From the human T2T-CHM13v2.0 reference genome, Homo sapiens, in assembly GCF_009914755.1 (NCBI RefSeq), contig NC_060933.1: 64,000 nt of DNA; one strand, given 5' to 3'. The position numbers were made by a program, and so were the translations under genes. This document shows positions 31,421 through 48,321 of the stretch, piece by piece (the stretch's first letter is position 1; every line of letters begins with the position of its first letter). Below the pieces are notes generated by a model. That model was not told the origin of the DNA and made no database searches. It was given only the letters and a program-made list of their open reading frames with translations.

Positions 31421-32484
31421 GGAATGGGAAAGAAAGACACCCAGTTCTCAGATATGGGTACAAAGTGGAGACCTGGATTTCATGCACAGTGCGGAAGTTT
31501 ATGAAAACTGGAGCACCAGGTGAGAGCAGGGCAAGCGGCAAGGCTAAGTCAGTGCAGAGTCACCATGTGCATTGGACGAGGGCTCCTGATACTCCCTAAC
31601 TAGGAATAGAGTAGGTTTCAGAGGCAGAACAGAAAAAAAATGAATGCTTGGGAGAATAAGACTTATTTCCCCTGAGAATTCACTGGAAATGAGAGAAGGG
31701 ACTCGGCTTTACTAAAGAACCCGAGGCCACCAGGCAGGTCTGCTAATATGAAACCGTGATTTACAGAGGGGTATAGCTCCACAAGAGCCAGGTGCCTCTT
31801 AGTGGTTTAGGTTCCTGAGAGTCCCTGAAAAACCTTATTCAGAGTGCTTTCCTTTGTCAGAACAGCCATGGCCTCAGACCATAGACTAAGATTTTCCCTT
31901 TTGAAACTCTGTCTGTTCATGTGTCTGTGTCTGTACCACAACCTAATAGAACTAAAAGGAAAGGATTACAACTATTCACCACCTAGTGATTACTAGGGAC
32001 TTTACATTTATTTCATTTCACCCTGAATTAAATCTTTGAGATATGTGTTAGTATCCATATTCCACATCTGAGAAAACTGAGACTTAGAAAGGTTAACAAG
32101 GTTTCGATGGTTTTGGTCTTCCCTGTTTTGGTCTTATTGATATAAGAATATCAATAGAGGGCACTCAATAAATGATTACTGGTGAATGGTCACTGATGGT
32201 GTTTTATTCCTTTGAGGGTAGGGGCCAAGTCTTCTGTGTGCTCCCAGGGCTTGGGCCAGTGAAGAGCACTGAGCACCCAGTGATGTGCTAATGGATACAA
32301 TGATGTGTCAAACCTGATAAAAAATGTGTGCCTATTTTTTTTCTGAAATTACAGCACTGGTGCTCAGGATTAAGAATATGGCAGTGCTTTGAAGAAAAGG
32401 AAAGAGAACAAGGGAGCAGCTTCAAAAGAAGAAGGTGGAGAGGTTGCAATGGCAGTCACAACAGGAGAGTTAAACAGAACACAT

Positions 32485-32655
32485 CTCCTTGCTACTCAAA
32501 GTGTGACCCATGACCAGCAGTGTTGGCATCTCCAGGGAGTTTATTAGAAGTACAGAATCTCAAGCCATACTCCAGACTATTGAACCAGACTCTGCATTTT
32601 AACAAGATCTCCAGGTGATTCATGTGCACGTTTAAGTTTGAAGAGTAGCACTCTA
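32485..32655. mobile_element. MER5A-like hAT MITE
   Basis: GCTACTCAAAGTGTG...CAGAATCTC...TGCATTTTAACAAGATCTCCAGGTGATTC...AGTTTGA. Confidence 0.8.
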
Positions 32656-34041
32656 GAGACCACCTGCATCTCTATCTCCTGCTCTAGCCCAGCACCAACT
32701 TCTCTTACTGACTGTTAGGGGCCAAGGAGGCCATGGAGCATTGCACCTGCTCTTCATTTGACCATCCATCACTCAGTGGGCCTGGCAGTGCAATCCTAAG
32801 TGCACAGAACAGCCTTCTACAGGTGCCATCACTTCGATCCCCAAATCTCCCACTCTTTACATACATGCAAATCTGGTGTGCCTGACTCAAAGTTCATGGT
32901 CTTAACCCTTCCATTGTTGGAAGAACATGGTTCTGGAGTTTCTGTGTTAACGAATACTTTCTTTTATTCTAATTTCTAGGTATTTCCAAATATCTGGAAA
33001 ACACCACCAGCCACTTTTGGTGCTTCCAATATATAAGTGCTTCTGTTGTTCCCCCCAAAATCACTTATACCCTAATAAGTAATCTATAAGTGAGATTTCC
33101 AAAAATTTTCTTCCTTTTTACATTATTATAACAATGATAAAGTAACTTTTCAGTAAGGACAATATACTACAAATATTAAAAGAATGTATTTTTATTTCTC
33201 CTTTAAATGACCAAACTTCAGTTCTTCCTTTATATAGGATTTTTGACCCAGGGTAATAGAGGATGAAAGAATGAAGGAATGAATAAATGATTGAGATTAT
33301 TTCTTTAGCAAGACAGTACATTTAAAATTAAGCTATGGACAAAAAGTGGATTTTTCTGAATTTTCACATATTCTGGACTCAGTCAGAAGTTTCTTCTGTA
33401 AAGTGGATAAGCTGCCACTCCATATCTGACAGCTAGATCACAAGCCTGTTGCCTTTAGGTAGAAGAATAAGATTATAAAGTAGGGGAAGGAATAAGTAGC
33501 CATTCCTTCTGCTCTTAAAGAGTGTGGGTCGCAGAGGGAGAGAGGCCGATTGAAATGGGTGGTCATGCACATGTCCCTCTTTCCCTGTTTGGAAGCATGG
33601 TGGTTTTTAGAAAGGGCATAAGCATGGAGCTGGGAAGGGAAACAAATAACCCATTCCATATGATAATAACAATAATAGCTATAGTTAATGAGTCAGGCAC
33701 TGTGGGAAGTGCTTCATATATCTCTTTGCGATCAAACTTCATAAGAACCCTGTTATAATTACTTTGTTTTAGTAGATAAGAAACTGAAACTTAGAGATGG
33801 CAAGTGACTGGCTCAAGTTTATACACTGCATAAATGGCAGAAGAAGAATTTGAATGGACGTATATCTAAGTAAAGAGCCCACGTCTTTAACCACCATGCT
33901 ACAATGCCATTTTCAGTAATAGTTGAAGTAGAATTGAGTTGCTTTGCGTGCCTAAAAGCTCTACTTCCTTGAATCCCTCCTTCATGCTGCCACCAAAGAG
34001 GTCCATCTATGATATAAACTGGATTGTGTTACTCTTCCCTT

Positions 34042-34509
34042 TGGCTCACGCCTGTAATCCCAGCACTTTAGGAGGCAGAGTCGGGCAGATCATGAGGTCA
34101 GGAGACTGAGGCTGGTAGTATCACAATGTGTTCGGTGGACAACTCTGCGGGGCCCTCTTGCCCAACTCCAATCCAGGTATTTAGAGGTTACAATCTCTTT
34201 GGGGTTGTCACCTGTCCACTGTGGGTTGGAGCATTAGGCCCATGAAAATAGGAGATTGACCCACTCCACCACAGCTGGGGCTTCATATCTTCTTTTTGAA
34301 CTAAATCCTGCAATTTATCCTGGCCAACATGGTGAAACTCCATCTCTACTAAAATACAAAAAATTAGCTGGTCATGGTGGTGCATGCCTGTAGTCCCAGC
34401 TACTCGGGAGGCTGAGGCAGGGGAATCGCTTGAACCCGGGAAGCTGAGATCGCACCACTGCACTCCAGCCTGGCGACAGAGTGAGATTCCATCTCAAAAA
34501 AAAAAAAAA
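34042..34509 (+). mobile_element. AluS (Sc-like), 5'-clipped, carrying a 208-bp non-Alu insert (34111-34318)
   Basis: Alu left arm breaks at GAGACTGAG and resumes at ATCCTGGCCAACATGG. The right arm has a short internal deletion. Confidence 0.93.
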
Positions 34510-34994
34510 GTGCTAAATAGCTCCTCATTACCGGATAAAGTCCAAAGTCAACATAGCGTACACTGAGGGGAGAAACGACTAAATAAAGTCATGGGATGCA
34601 TACTTGTGCGGTGAGCAGTTACCTCCCTTGTTGTCCAATTTCTTCCACCATTCCATTAAATAAGCTATTCATTCAGTAAGCTTTTGGAATGTTAGCATTT
34701 CTTTTTGTGTGTGTGGCTTTTTTTTGAGTTTTAATTTATTTGTTAAATTTCTTATTGATACATAATAGTTGTACGTATTTTAGGGGTACATATGATAATT
34801 TGATATATTCATGTAATCACATCAGGGTAATTGGGACATCCATCACCTTAAATATTTATCTTTTGTTTAGGCTTGGAACATTTGAATTATTCTCTTTTAG
34901 CTATTTTGAAGTGTATAATAGATTAATGACTATAGTAACCCTACTGAACTATTGAATACCAGCTCTTAAGAAATAATAGTATATCTTTTAAAAA

Positions 34995-35402
34995 AAATTT
35001 TATTATTATTTTTTAAAGTTCCAGGGTACATGTGCAGGATGTGCAGGTTTGTTACATAGGTAAACATGTGCCATGGTGGTCTGCCGTACCTATCAACAGA
35101 TCGCCTAGGTATTAAGCCCAGCATGCATTAACAATTTTCCCTAGTGCTCTCCCCCTACCTCAACCTACCCCAACAGGCCCCACTATGTGTTGTTCCCTTC
35201 CGTGTGTCCACGTATTCTCATTGTTCAGCTCCCACTTACAAGTGAGAACATGCAGTGTTTGGTTTTCTGTTCCTGCATTAGTTTGCTGAGGATAATGGCT
35301 TTCAGCTCTATCCGTGTCCCTGCAAAGGACATGATCTCATTCCTTTTTATGGCTATATTAGTATTCCATGCTGTATATGTACCATATTTTCCTTATCCAG
35401 TC
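34995..35402 (-). mobile_element. L1PA 3' fragment, next to an older L1M 3' fragment (~34735-34960)
   Basis: L1 3'UTR reverse complement. Degenerate TSD AAT(A/G)ATAGTAT(A/T)TCTT. Confidence 0.9.
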
Positions 35403-35624
35403 AATGATAGTATTTCTTAAAATGACACTTATCCTCTCCACAAATGAATATTTATTTTTTCTCTTTTTTTTTGGAGGGGACACTATTCAACCCACTATGC
35501 TACATTAAAAAAATAAGAAAAACCAAACATTAAATTTCATTAATTCTAATGCTTTATTTAACTGAGAATATTCCATTTAAACAAGGCACTATACATATAT
35601 GGCCAGGTCATGTGATCAGTATAA

Positions 35625-36232
35625 TTAAACAGAGTCCCAAGCTCAGAAGTGGTTGGGATTTAATGTGCTATGGTCATCATCTTGAAGTCCTTAATAATTA
35701 CATCTTTGGATTTGTGTTTTGTAAGTAAAGTACAATAGGAAAATGGAGCATAAGCCAGGAATTTAAAGCCTCAGATCATGGTTGTCCTGCTTCGCTGCTG
35801 CCTCTCTGGGATGGATTTTCATCCACGTACCAAACCTCAGCCCCCACCTAGCCTATTCTTCCCTACTCCTGCCCCTTGACTACTACAGCCACCAGGTCTC
35901 ATTGGTTGGGGGTTCTTCCCTTCCTGGGCACAGGCCAGGAAGGGTCATGCCCATAAATGTGTCCTGCTGCATCACAGGATGGGGCAAGGCAATGCCAGCC
36001 TCTGTTGGGAGCTGGTAATATCACAATGTGTTCAGTGGACAACTCTGTGGGGCCCTCTTGCCCAACTCTAATCCAGGTATTTAGAGGTTATAATCTCTTG
36101 GGGGTTGTTACCTGTCCACTGTGGGTTGGAGCATTAGGCCCATGAAAATAGGAGATTGACCCACTCCACCCCAGCTGGGGCTTCGTATCTTCTTTTTGAA
36201 CTAAACCCTGCAACTTATGTAGCCTATTCTGT
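35625..36232. mobile_element. MER45-like hAT element (donor of the 34111-34318 copy)
   Basis: Ends TTTTGAACTAAACCCTGCAACTTATGTAGCC, resembling the recalled MER45 terminus. Confidence 0.5.
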
Positions 36233-37230
36233 CTATGGCTTTCTAATGTGTCTCTTTGAATATAATGTCTCTTGAATATAGAAGAAATGTCAAGTCATGA
36301 TAAAATTGTGACATTAATGTTACCTCTAAGGGTGCCAAGTGCAAGGTACTAACAATTTAATAAGTTTGGGCTTTTGCATGACCTATGTTAATATGTGATT
36401 TCTTGCTATTTCACATGGCAAGGGAAGTTTTTCAGAATTCATTTGATTGCAAGATCAATGTGAAAATGCATTACCTGCCTGCCTTGAGCATGGCCAACTG
36501 TTGACCTCTCCAATTAAGGAGAGTTGAGAATGAAAATTCAATTACAATGAACAAATGTTTCTTGAACATTTTCCATGTGTGAGGCCCTATGCCAGGCTTT
36601 GTGGAGAATATGCAGATCTATGAGATTTTTTTCCTATCTTTGGGATAATTGCAAGCAAGTTGAAGGAGGCACAGACACATGCACGGATGATCACGGTATC
36701 ACATGCTATCTTAACTTATGAAAGCAGAGGAAATGGAGTTAGGGAAGCTGGACTTTTTGTAGGTAGCCCCTCATAGCAGGCATGGCTGGTTCCTTGCCAT
36801 ACGTTCATTCCCTTTCTATGAGAGTAAAACCCTACTCCTATTTTTTTAGGGCCTCTTCGTTGGAAAAGAGGAGTCCATCTCCAGCTCAGTGACAAATCTT
36901 GATAGCTTTATGCTTTTCTTGATAATTCATGCCTCTTGTTAGTGATTAGTTAAGAGGTGGGCCTGTGACTCAGTTCTGGCCAATGAAATATAAAGTCAAA
37001 TCTCTGGGTTACTTTTGGAAAGGTTTTCTTGTAGTAGAAAGAGTTTCACAGTTAAGAGCACAGATTATGAAGTGAACCGCCTGGTTTATAATCCTGGGTC
37101 CACTGCTTACTAGCTGTGTGTCATTATAAGTCACTTAATGTTTCTGCCTCCACTTTCTCATCTGTTAAATGGGATTAATATGTACCTAATGGAGTTGTTG
37201 TGAGCATCACGTTAGTGAATATTTTGTAAA

Positions 37231-40200
37231 TAGACCAAGCCTACAACTCATTGGCATTCTTGAGAGAGAAGGAGAGAGAGTAAGCAACTTGCAAAATATA
37301 TTTGAGGACACAGTCTTTGAAAATTTCCCTAATCTCACTAGAGAAGGTGACATGAAAATTCGAGAAATACAGAGGTCCCCTACTAGATACTATACAAGAT
37401 GATCATCCCCAAGGCACACAGTTATCAGATTCACCAAGGTCAATGTGAAAGAAAAAATCTTAAGGGCAGCTACAGAGAACGGTCAGGTTACATACAAAGG
37501 GAACCCTATCAGGCTAGTGGCAGACCTCTCAGCAGAAACCTTACAAGCTAGAAGAGATTGGGGACCTATTTTCAGCATCTTTAAAGGAAAGAAACTCCAA
37601 CCAAGAATTTCCTTTCCTAGCACACTAAGTAAGCTTCACAAGCAAAGGAAAAGTAAAATCCTTCTCACACAAGCAAATGCTGAAGAAATTCATTATAACT
37701 AGACCAGGCTTACAAGAGCCCCATAAGGGGGTGATAAACATGGAAACAAAATGATGACACCTGTTACCACAAAAACACACTTGAGGACATAACCCACAGA
37801 CACCATAAAGGAACTACACAATCAAGTCTAGAGAGCAACCAGTTAACAATAACAGGATCAAAATCTCACATATCAGTATGAAAGGGGCTAAATGCCCCCA
37901 CTTAAAAGACAGAGTGGCAAGCTGGATAAAAAGGAAAGACTCAATTGTCTGCTGTCTTCAAGAGACCCATCTCACATGCAATGAGACTCACCAGCTCAAA
38001 GTAAAGGGATGGAGAAAGATCTACCATGCAAATAGAAAACAACAAAAAAAGCAGGAGTCACTATTTTTATTTCAGATAAAAGAGTTTAAACCAACAACAA
38101 TAAGGACAGAGAAAAACATCCCATGATGATAAGGGGTACAATTCAACAAGAAGATTTACGTATTCTAAGTATATACATACCCAACATTGGGACACCTAGA
38201 TTCATAAAACAGGTCCTTCTTGACCTAGGAAAATACTTAGCACACGATAATAGTGGGAGAATATAACACCCCATTGACAACATTAGATTATCAAGGCAGA
38301 AAACTAACAAAGAAATTCTGGAATAAAACTCAATGCTTGACCAATTGAACCTAATAGACACCTACCACAGAATATACATTCTTCTCATCCACACTGGAAT
38401 ATATTCTAAGATTGGCAATGTGCTTAGTCATAAAGAACGTCTCGATAAATTCAAAGAAACCAAATCATACCAAGCACAATCTTGGACAACAGTGCAACAA
38501 AACAGAAATCAATATCAAGAAAATCTCTCAAAGCTACATAAATACATAGAAAGCAAACAACTTCCTCCTGAAAAACTCTGGGTGAACAATGAAATCAAAG
38601 AAGAAATGGAAAAATTTGAAATTAATGAAGATAGAAACATGACTTACCAAAATCTCTGGGATACAGCTAAAGCAGTGCTAAGAGCAAAGTTTATAGTGCT
38701 AAACACCTTCATCAAGAAGTTAGAAAAATCTCAAATTAACAATATAACTTTGTACCTAGAGGAACTAGAAAATAAAGAATAAACCAACCCCAAAGCTAGC
38801 AGAAGAAAAGAAATAACTAAAATTACAGAAGAACCAAACCAAAAGATCAATGAAACCAAGAGTTGATTTTTAGAAAGAATAAACAAGATTGATAGACTGT
38901 TAGGTACATTAACAAAGAAAAAGAGAAGATCCAAATACCATCAGAAATGACAGAGATGACATTACAACAAATCCCACAGAAACACAAAAGATCCTCAGAG
39001 ATTATTATGAACAACTCTATGCACACAAGTTGAAAAATCTAGAGGAAATGGATAAATTCTTGGAAACACACAACCTCTAAAGATTAAACCAGGAAGAAAG
39101 TGAAAACTTGAATAGACCAATAACAAGTTCCGAACTTGCATCAGTAATAAAAGACTTAACAACCAAAGAAAAAAAAAAAGCCCTAGATCAGATCGATTCT
39201 CAGCCAAATTCTACCAGACAAAGAACTATTATCAGTCATACTGAAACTATTCCAAAAAATCAAGGAGGAGGGGCTTCTTCTTAACTCATTCTATAAAGCC
39301 AGCATCAGCCTGATACTAAAATCTGGCAGAGACACAACAAAAAAAGAAAACTGCAGGCCAACATTTCTGGTGAACATAGATGCAAAAATCCTTAACTAAA
39401 TACTACCAAACTAAATCCAGTAGCACATCAAAAAATTAAAACACCATGATCAAGTAGGCTTATTCCTGAGATGCAGGGTTGTTTCAATACATGCAAATCA
39501 ATAAATGTCATTCACCTCATAAACAGAATTAAAAGCAAAAGCCATCTGATTATCTCAATAGATGTAGAAAAAGCTTTTGGTAAAATCCAACATCCCTTCA
39601 TGATAAAAACCCTCAACAAACTAGGCATTAAACAAAAATACTTCAAAATAATAAGAGCAATCTATGGCAAACCCACAGCTAACATCGTACTGAATGGGAA
39701 AATGCTGAAACCATTCCGCTTGAGAACTGGAACAAGACAAGGATCCCTACTCTCACCACTCCTATTCAACATAGGGCTGGAAGTCCTAGCCAGAGCAATC
39801 AGGCAAAAGAAAGAAATAAAAGACATCCAAATAGGAGAAGAAGAAGTCAAACTATCTCTCTTCACTGATGATACGATTCTATACCTAGAAAACCCTAAGG
39901 ATTCTGCCGAAATGCCTCTAGAACTGATAAATGACTTTAGTACAGTTTCAGGATACAAAATCGATGTACAAAAATCAGTAGAATTTCTATACATCAATAA
40001 CGTTCAAGCTGAGAGTCAAATCAAGAACACGATCCAATTTACAATAGCCATACACCAAGAAGTTGAAAGATCTCTATAAGAAGAACTACAAAATACCGGT
40101 GAAAAAAATCAGAGATGACACAAGTAAATGAAAACACATTCCTTGTTCATGGATTAGAATAATCGCTATTGTTTGAATGGCCATATTGCCCAAAGCAATT

Positions 40201-41514
40201 TACAGATTCAACACTGTTTCTGTCAAACTGTCAATGTCACTTCTCACAGAATTAGAAAAAACTATTATAAAATTCATATGGAACCAAAAACAGCCTGAAT
40301 AGCTAAAGCAATCCTAACCAAGAACAAAGCCAGAGGCATTACACCACCCAACTTCAAACTATACTATAAGGCTGCAGTAACCAAAGCAACAGGGTACTGG
40401 TACAAAAACAAACACATAGAATAGAACCCAGAAATAAAGCTGCACACCTACAACCATCTGATCTTTGACAAAGTCAACAATAATGAGCAATGAGGAAAGG
40501 AATCCCTATTCAATAAACAGTGCTGGGATAACTGAGTAGTCATTGCAGAACAATGAAACTGGACCCCCTTTCATCATATACAAAAATTAACTCAAGGTGG
40601 ATTAAAGATATAAATGTAAGACCAAATTATAAAAATACTAGAAGAAAACTTAGGAAATACCCTTCTCAACATTGGCCTTGCCAAAAATTATTTTGCTAAG
40701 TCCCCAAAAGCAATTGCAACAGAAGCAAAAATTGACAATTAGGAACTAATTAAATTGAAGGGCTTCTGCACAGCAAAAGAAATTATCTATAATCAGACAA
40801 ACTCCAGAATGGGGGAAATATTCACAAGCTATGCATTCGACAAAGGTCTAATATCCAGAATCAATAAGAAAATTATACAAATAAACAAAAATAAACAAAC
40901 TCATTAAAAAATGGGCAAAGGACTTGAGCAGACACTTCTCAAAAGATGACATACACGTTTTCAACAAACATGAAAAATGCTCATCACTAATCATCAGAGA
41001 AATGCAAATCAAAACCACAATGAGACACCATCTCATACCAGTCAGAATGGCTGTTATTAGAAATTCAAAAAACAACAGCTGCTGGTGAGTCTGTGGAGAA
41101 AAGGGAACTGGATAAAGAAAATATGGTACAAATACACCATGGAATACCACCCAGCCATAAAAAATGAAATCACGTCCTTTGTAGCAACATGGATGCAGTT
41201 GGAAGTCAGAATCCTATGAGAATTAATGCAGGAACAGAAAACCAGATAACTTATGTCCTCACTTATAAGTGGACACTAAACACTGAGTACGCATGAACAT
41301 AAAGATGGGAACAATCGACACTGTGGATTACTAGAGTGGGGAGGGAGAAAGTGGGCTGTGGGTTGAAAAACTACTTACTGGGGATTATGCTCACTACCTT
41401 AGTGACGGGATCTGTACCCCAAACCTCAGCGTCAGGCAATATACTTATGTAACAAATCTGCACATGTATCCCTGAATCTAAAATAAAAGTTGAAATTATA
41501 AAATAATAATAAAA
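37231..41514 (+). mobile_element. Older primate L1, 5'-truncated (ORF1 C-terminal half, decayed ORF2, 3'UTR)
   Basis: ORFs 37445 (ORF1p KEKILRAA..PIRLVADLSAETLQARR), 37878 (EN CCLQETHL) and 39471 (RT GTRQG..LFTDD). Internal deletion at ~41110. Splits a MIR that itself lies in an old MLT1 LTR (~36830-37030 and ~42080-42310). Confidence 0.96.
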
Positions 41515-41522
41515 GTGCTTTT

Positions 41523-41793
41523 TCGTTTTTTAAGACAGGGTCTCACTCTGTCACCCAGGCTGGTGCAGTGACACGATCGTGGCTCTCTGAAGCCTCTACC
41601 TCCTGGGCTCAAGTGATCCTCCCACCTCAGTCTCCCCAGTAGCTGGGAACACAGGCTTGTGCCACCACACCTGGCTATGTTTTAAATTTTTTGTAGAGAT
41701 AGGGTCTCTCTCTGAAATCTGGTCCTCAAGAGGTCATCCCATCTCAGCCTCACAAAGTGTTGGGATTATAGGTGTGAGCCACCATGCCTGGCC
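41523..41793 (-). mobile_element. AluJ-like
   Basis: Diverged Alu. Degenerate TSD AAAGTGCTTTT / AAAGTACATTT. Confidence 0.92.
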
Positions 41794-42574
41794 AAAGTAC
41801 ATTTCTTTGCCAAATGCTTAACAGAGGGTCATATCTTTGCTTTGCATAATGATTCTTTTTATTGAAGCTTTGCATTTTCATGTCCAGACAACAATTAAAT
41901 GAACTAATTATGGTAAAAAAAAGTTATATTTATAAAGCATTTAGAATAGTGCCTGGCATATAAGAAGTGTTAAATGTCATTAGCATAATTTTAAGAGGAA
42001 AATTATGATAACAAAAATGATAGTCAGTTTTGCTGACGACTATCAACGAAAGTGATAGTCTCTTTTAATGACTCTGAGTGTTAGGGTGTCTGGATGTGAC
42101 CTCTGGAACTTCCATGGTCACCTTGTGCCTATAATGGGGGCTGGATGCAGAGCAAAAAAAGGAAAGAACCTCAGTCCTTGATGAAACCACAGAGCCACTG
42201 ATTCATCAACCCTAGAGCCCACTGTACCTCTGGACTTCTTGCAATACAATAGGATAAATTTCTTTGTTTAAAGTATTTTCAGTCGGGGTCTTGTGTTCTT
42301 GGCAAAGGCACAATTTAACTTCCATAGCAATTTACTGGTGTGTGTCCTGGAGTTCCTCAGCCCATGTGTTTTCCACGTCCTCCTATGCATGTCCCAGCTG
42401 CATACCCCAAGATGTGAGCTGCCTCCGAGCAGTTCGCAGTTCCTCACATCAGTCATCATCAGTTCCTGCTATAATTCTTCATAGTTTTGGCCTTATTTTA
42501 ATTATGACTGGTTCACGAAAGACTGAGATTTCCAAGGTGTCCTTAAGTCCAAAGCTACTCTTGATATCCACAAG

Positions 42575-42691
42575 TGTATTAGACAGGATTCTTTAGAGAA
42601 ACAGAACCAACAGTATGTGTATGTGTGTGTGTGTATATATGGTTGGATCTGTGTCCAATTCATTTTACATGTATATGTAAAGATATATATA

Positions 42692-42750
<59 letters not shown>

Positions 42751-43167
42751 AGATTATGAGAAACTGGCACACACAATCATGGAGGCTGAGAAGTCCCTTA
42801 ATCTACTGTCAGCAAGCTGGAGGCCCAGGAAAGCCCAGCGGTGTGATTCAAGTTCAATTCCCAAGGCTTGAGAACCAGGGGAACCGATGGTGTAAATCCC
42901 AGGCTAAGAGCAAGAGAAGACCATGTCCCAGTTCAAGCAGGCAGGCAGGCAGGAAGAAGTTCCTTCTTCCTCTACCTTTTTGTCCTTTCAAGCTCTCAAC
43001 AGATTGGATTATTCCCACCCACACTGGGGAGGGCAATTTACTTTATTAAATTCAACTGATTCAAATGCTAATCTCATCTGGAAATACACTTGTAGACACA
43101 TCCAGAAATAAAGTATACTCTGACACCCCTAGTGCTGTCAAGTTGACACATAAAATTAACCATCTCA
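42575..43167 (-). mobile_element. MLT2 (ERVL) solo LTR with internal (TG)n(TA)n microsatellite
   Basis: TGTATTAG..TTCTTTAGAGAAACAGAACC start and AAGTTGACACATAAAATTAACCATCTCA end. Confidence 0.9.
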
Positions 43168-43894
43168 ATGAAGGACATGCTTTGAGGTCCTTTCTAATTT
43201 ACAAATACTAAAGTTACTTAATTTCCCCCACAAAATGCAATAAACGAACATTTTAATAAGCTCCTTTCATTCTTTAATAATTCTATAGATACAAGTTGGA
43301 AAAATTAGTAAAGTTACAAAATTCCTTAACTGGAATAAACACAAACCTACATTACTTCATTTTTATAGTAACATTTACTTAAGCACTTACTTAAATTTTC
43401 AAAACTAAGGTGAAGATGATGAATAGCAATTTTTAATATGAGGGGAGTTGTTGCTTGCATGGAGGTGCACCCTCTGAGTGATTGATTAAAAAGTCAGTTA
43501 TTTCCCCACCTTGTAGCATATATCTGTAACAAATTTTTGCTTCAGCAAAATTAGAAATTCATAAACCTCACAGATCTTCAGGACTGTTCAAAGATAGGAA
43601 ATAATAGCAATCTGTGGATCTTTAAAAGTCATAAGTTTAATCTCTTATACAGACTATTATATATTGATAATGGCTTCCTAGAACATGGGGCTGAGAAGGA
43701 TGGCAAGGCCTCATCAAGGTTAAGCAGGAAAGAGTGCTAGGATAGATTATGCATGTCTGCCCTCAGTGTGGGTGGAGCAGAAGCCATCATGTATTTTTGC
43801 AACCTAGGGTTTATATTTTCTGCCTACCATGCTTGAAAGGCAATTAGAACATTGTCATGTCTGATTCTATAATTCTGGTTACTCTTAGGATCAA

Positions 43895-44270
43895 TTCATT
43901 TATTTAATCAATGTACATTTATTGAGTACTTTCAATGTATGAGACATACTGTTAGGCAACTTGGGTAATAAAAAAATGAATTGGACACAGATCCAACCAG
44001 TAAAGAACTTAAGTCTGATAGAAGAGAAAGATAGGTGCATGATAAAATGCTGCAAGATAGGACTAGATAAGGGGAGGGACTGCAGGATATGCCAAAGGTG
44101 GGAAAGGTACCTTTAGTGAGTGTGGAAGGAATCAGTAAGGCATACTGGGGAAGGTGTATTAGAAGTGAGCCTTGTAGTGATGTAAGATTGTTCATGTGGA
44201 TAGAAGGGGAAGACTATTTCAGACTGAGTGGCCAGAATGAGCAAAAGCACCAGAGTGGAAAGCTGAAAGC
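43895..44270 (-). mobile_element. L2 3' fragment
   Basis: ATTCATTTATTTAATCAATGTACATTTATTGAGTACT matches the reverse-complemented L2 tail. Confidence 0.65.
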
Positions 44271-45506
44271 TCTGGGTGACTGCCTGACTGATGAGAATAT
44301 GTAGCTGCTATTTATTCCAGTTCTCCCTACAGAGTGAGCAGGTTGCCTGGTGGGCTTCATTAGACTGGTGTGCTGATGTGACATCCATTTTTATAAGAGT
44401 TGTTTGGGCCAGGGAAAAACCTGCTCTTTAGAAAGATCATCTCTCATGACTATTTGACATGTGACATATAACAAATGTCTTAAAGGAGAGCCCTCACTGT
44501 GGTCTCACACTGTACATTTTTACTGTAAACCTAAGAGAATTGACAAAGGCTCCATCTTTATCCTCTTAACTACATACAGACTCATCACCTAATGCCAGCG
44601 AAGAACATTCCTGACATCATATTATTCAATAACATGAATAAGGTAAAAAATTCTTAACACACTGCTGAGCTAGAAACTAGCTGATTTGTTGAAAATATTT
44701 GCAAAAATAGATTGAAACTGCAAATAGAGGATCACTCCTAACATGCTGTTATCTCAGTCATATATATGGCATACATATAAACACGAGGTAGGGTTTTGTT
44801 AAATTTCTTTTTTTTCTTTTTTTATTATTATACTTGAAGTTTTAGGGTACATGTGCACAATGTGCAGGTTACATATGTATACATGTGCCATGTTGGTGTG
44901 CTTCACCCATTAACTCGTCATTTAGCATTAGGTATATCTCCTAATGCTATCCCTCCCCCCTTCCCCCACCCCACAACAGTCCCCAGAGTGTGATGTCCCC
45001 CTTCCTGTGTCCATGTGTTCTCATTGTTCAGTTCCCACCTATTAGTGAGAACTTGCGGTGTTTGGTTTTTTGTCCTTGTGATAGTTTGCTGAGAATGATG
45101 GTTTCCAGTTTCATCCCTGTCCCTACAAAGGACATGAACTCTTCATTTTTTATGGCTGCATAGTATTCCATGGTGTATATGTGCCACATTTTCTTAATCC
45201 AGTCTATCGTTCTTGGACATTTGGGTTGGTTCCAAGTCTTTGCTATTGTGAATAGTGCCACAATAAACATACGTGTGCATGTGTCTTTATAGCAGCATGA
45301 TTTATAGTCCTTTGGGTATATACCCAGTAAATGGGATGGCTGGGTCAAACGGTATTTCTAGTTCTACATCCCTGAGGAATCGCCACACTGACTTCCACAA
45401 TGGTTGAACTAGTTTATAGTCCCACCAACAGTGTAAAACTGTTCCTATATCTCCAGATCCTCTCCAGCACCTGTTGTTTCCTGACTTTTTAATGATCGCC
45501 ATTCTA

Positions 45507-46043
<537 letters not shown>

Positions 46044-46079
46044 CTAGCACCATCTATTAAATAGGGAATCCTTCGCCTA

Positions 46080-46550
<471 letters not shown>

Positions 46551-46553
46551 CTA

Positions 46554-48321
<1,768 letters not shown>

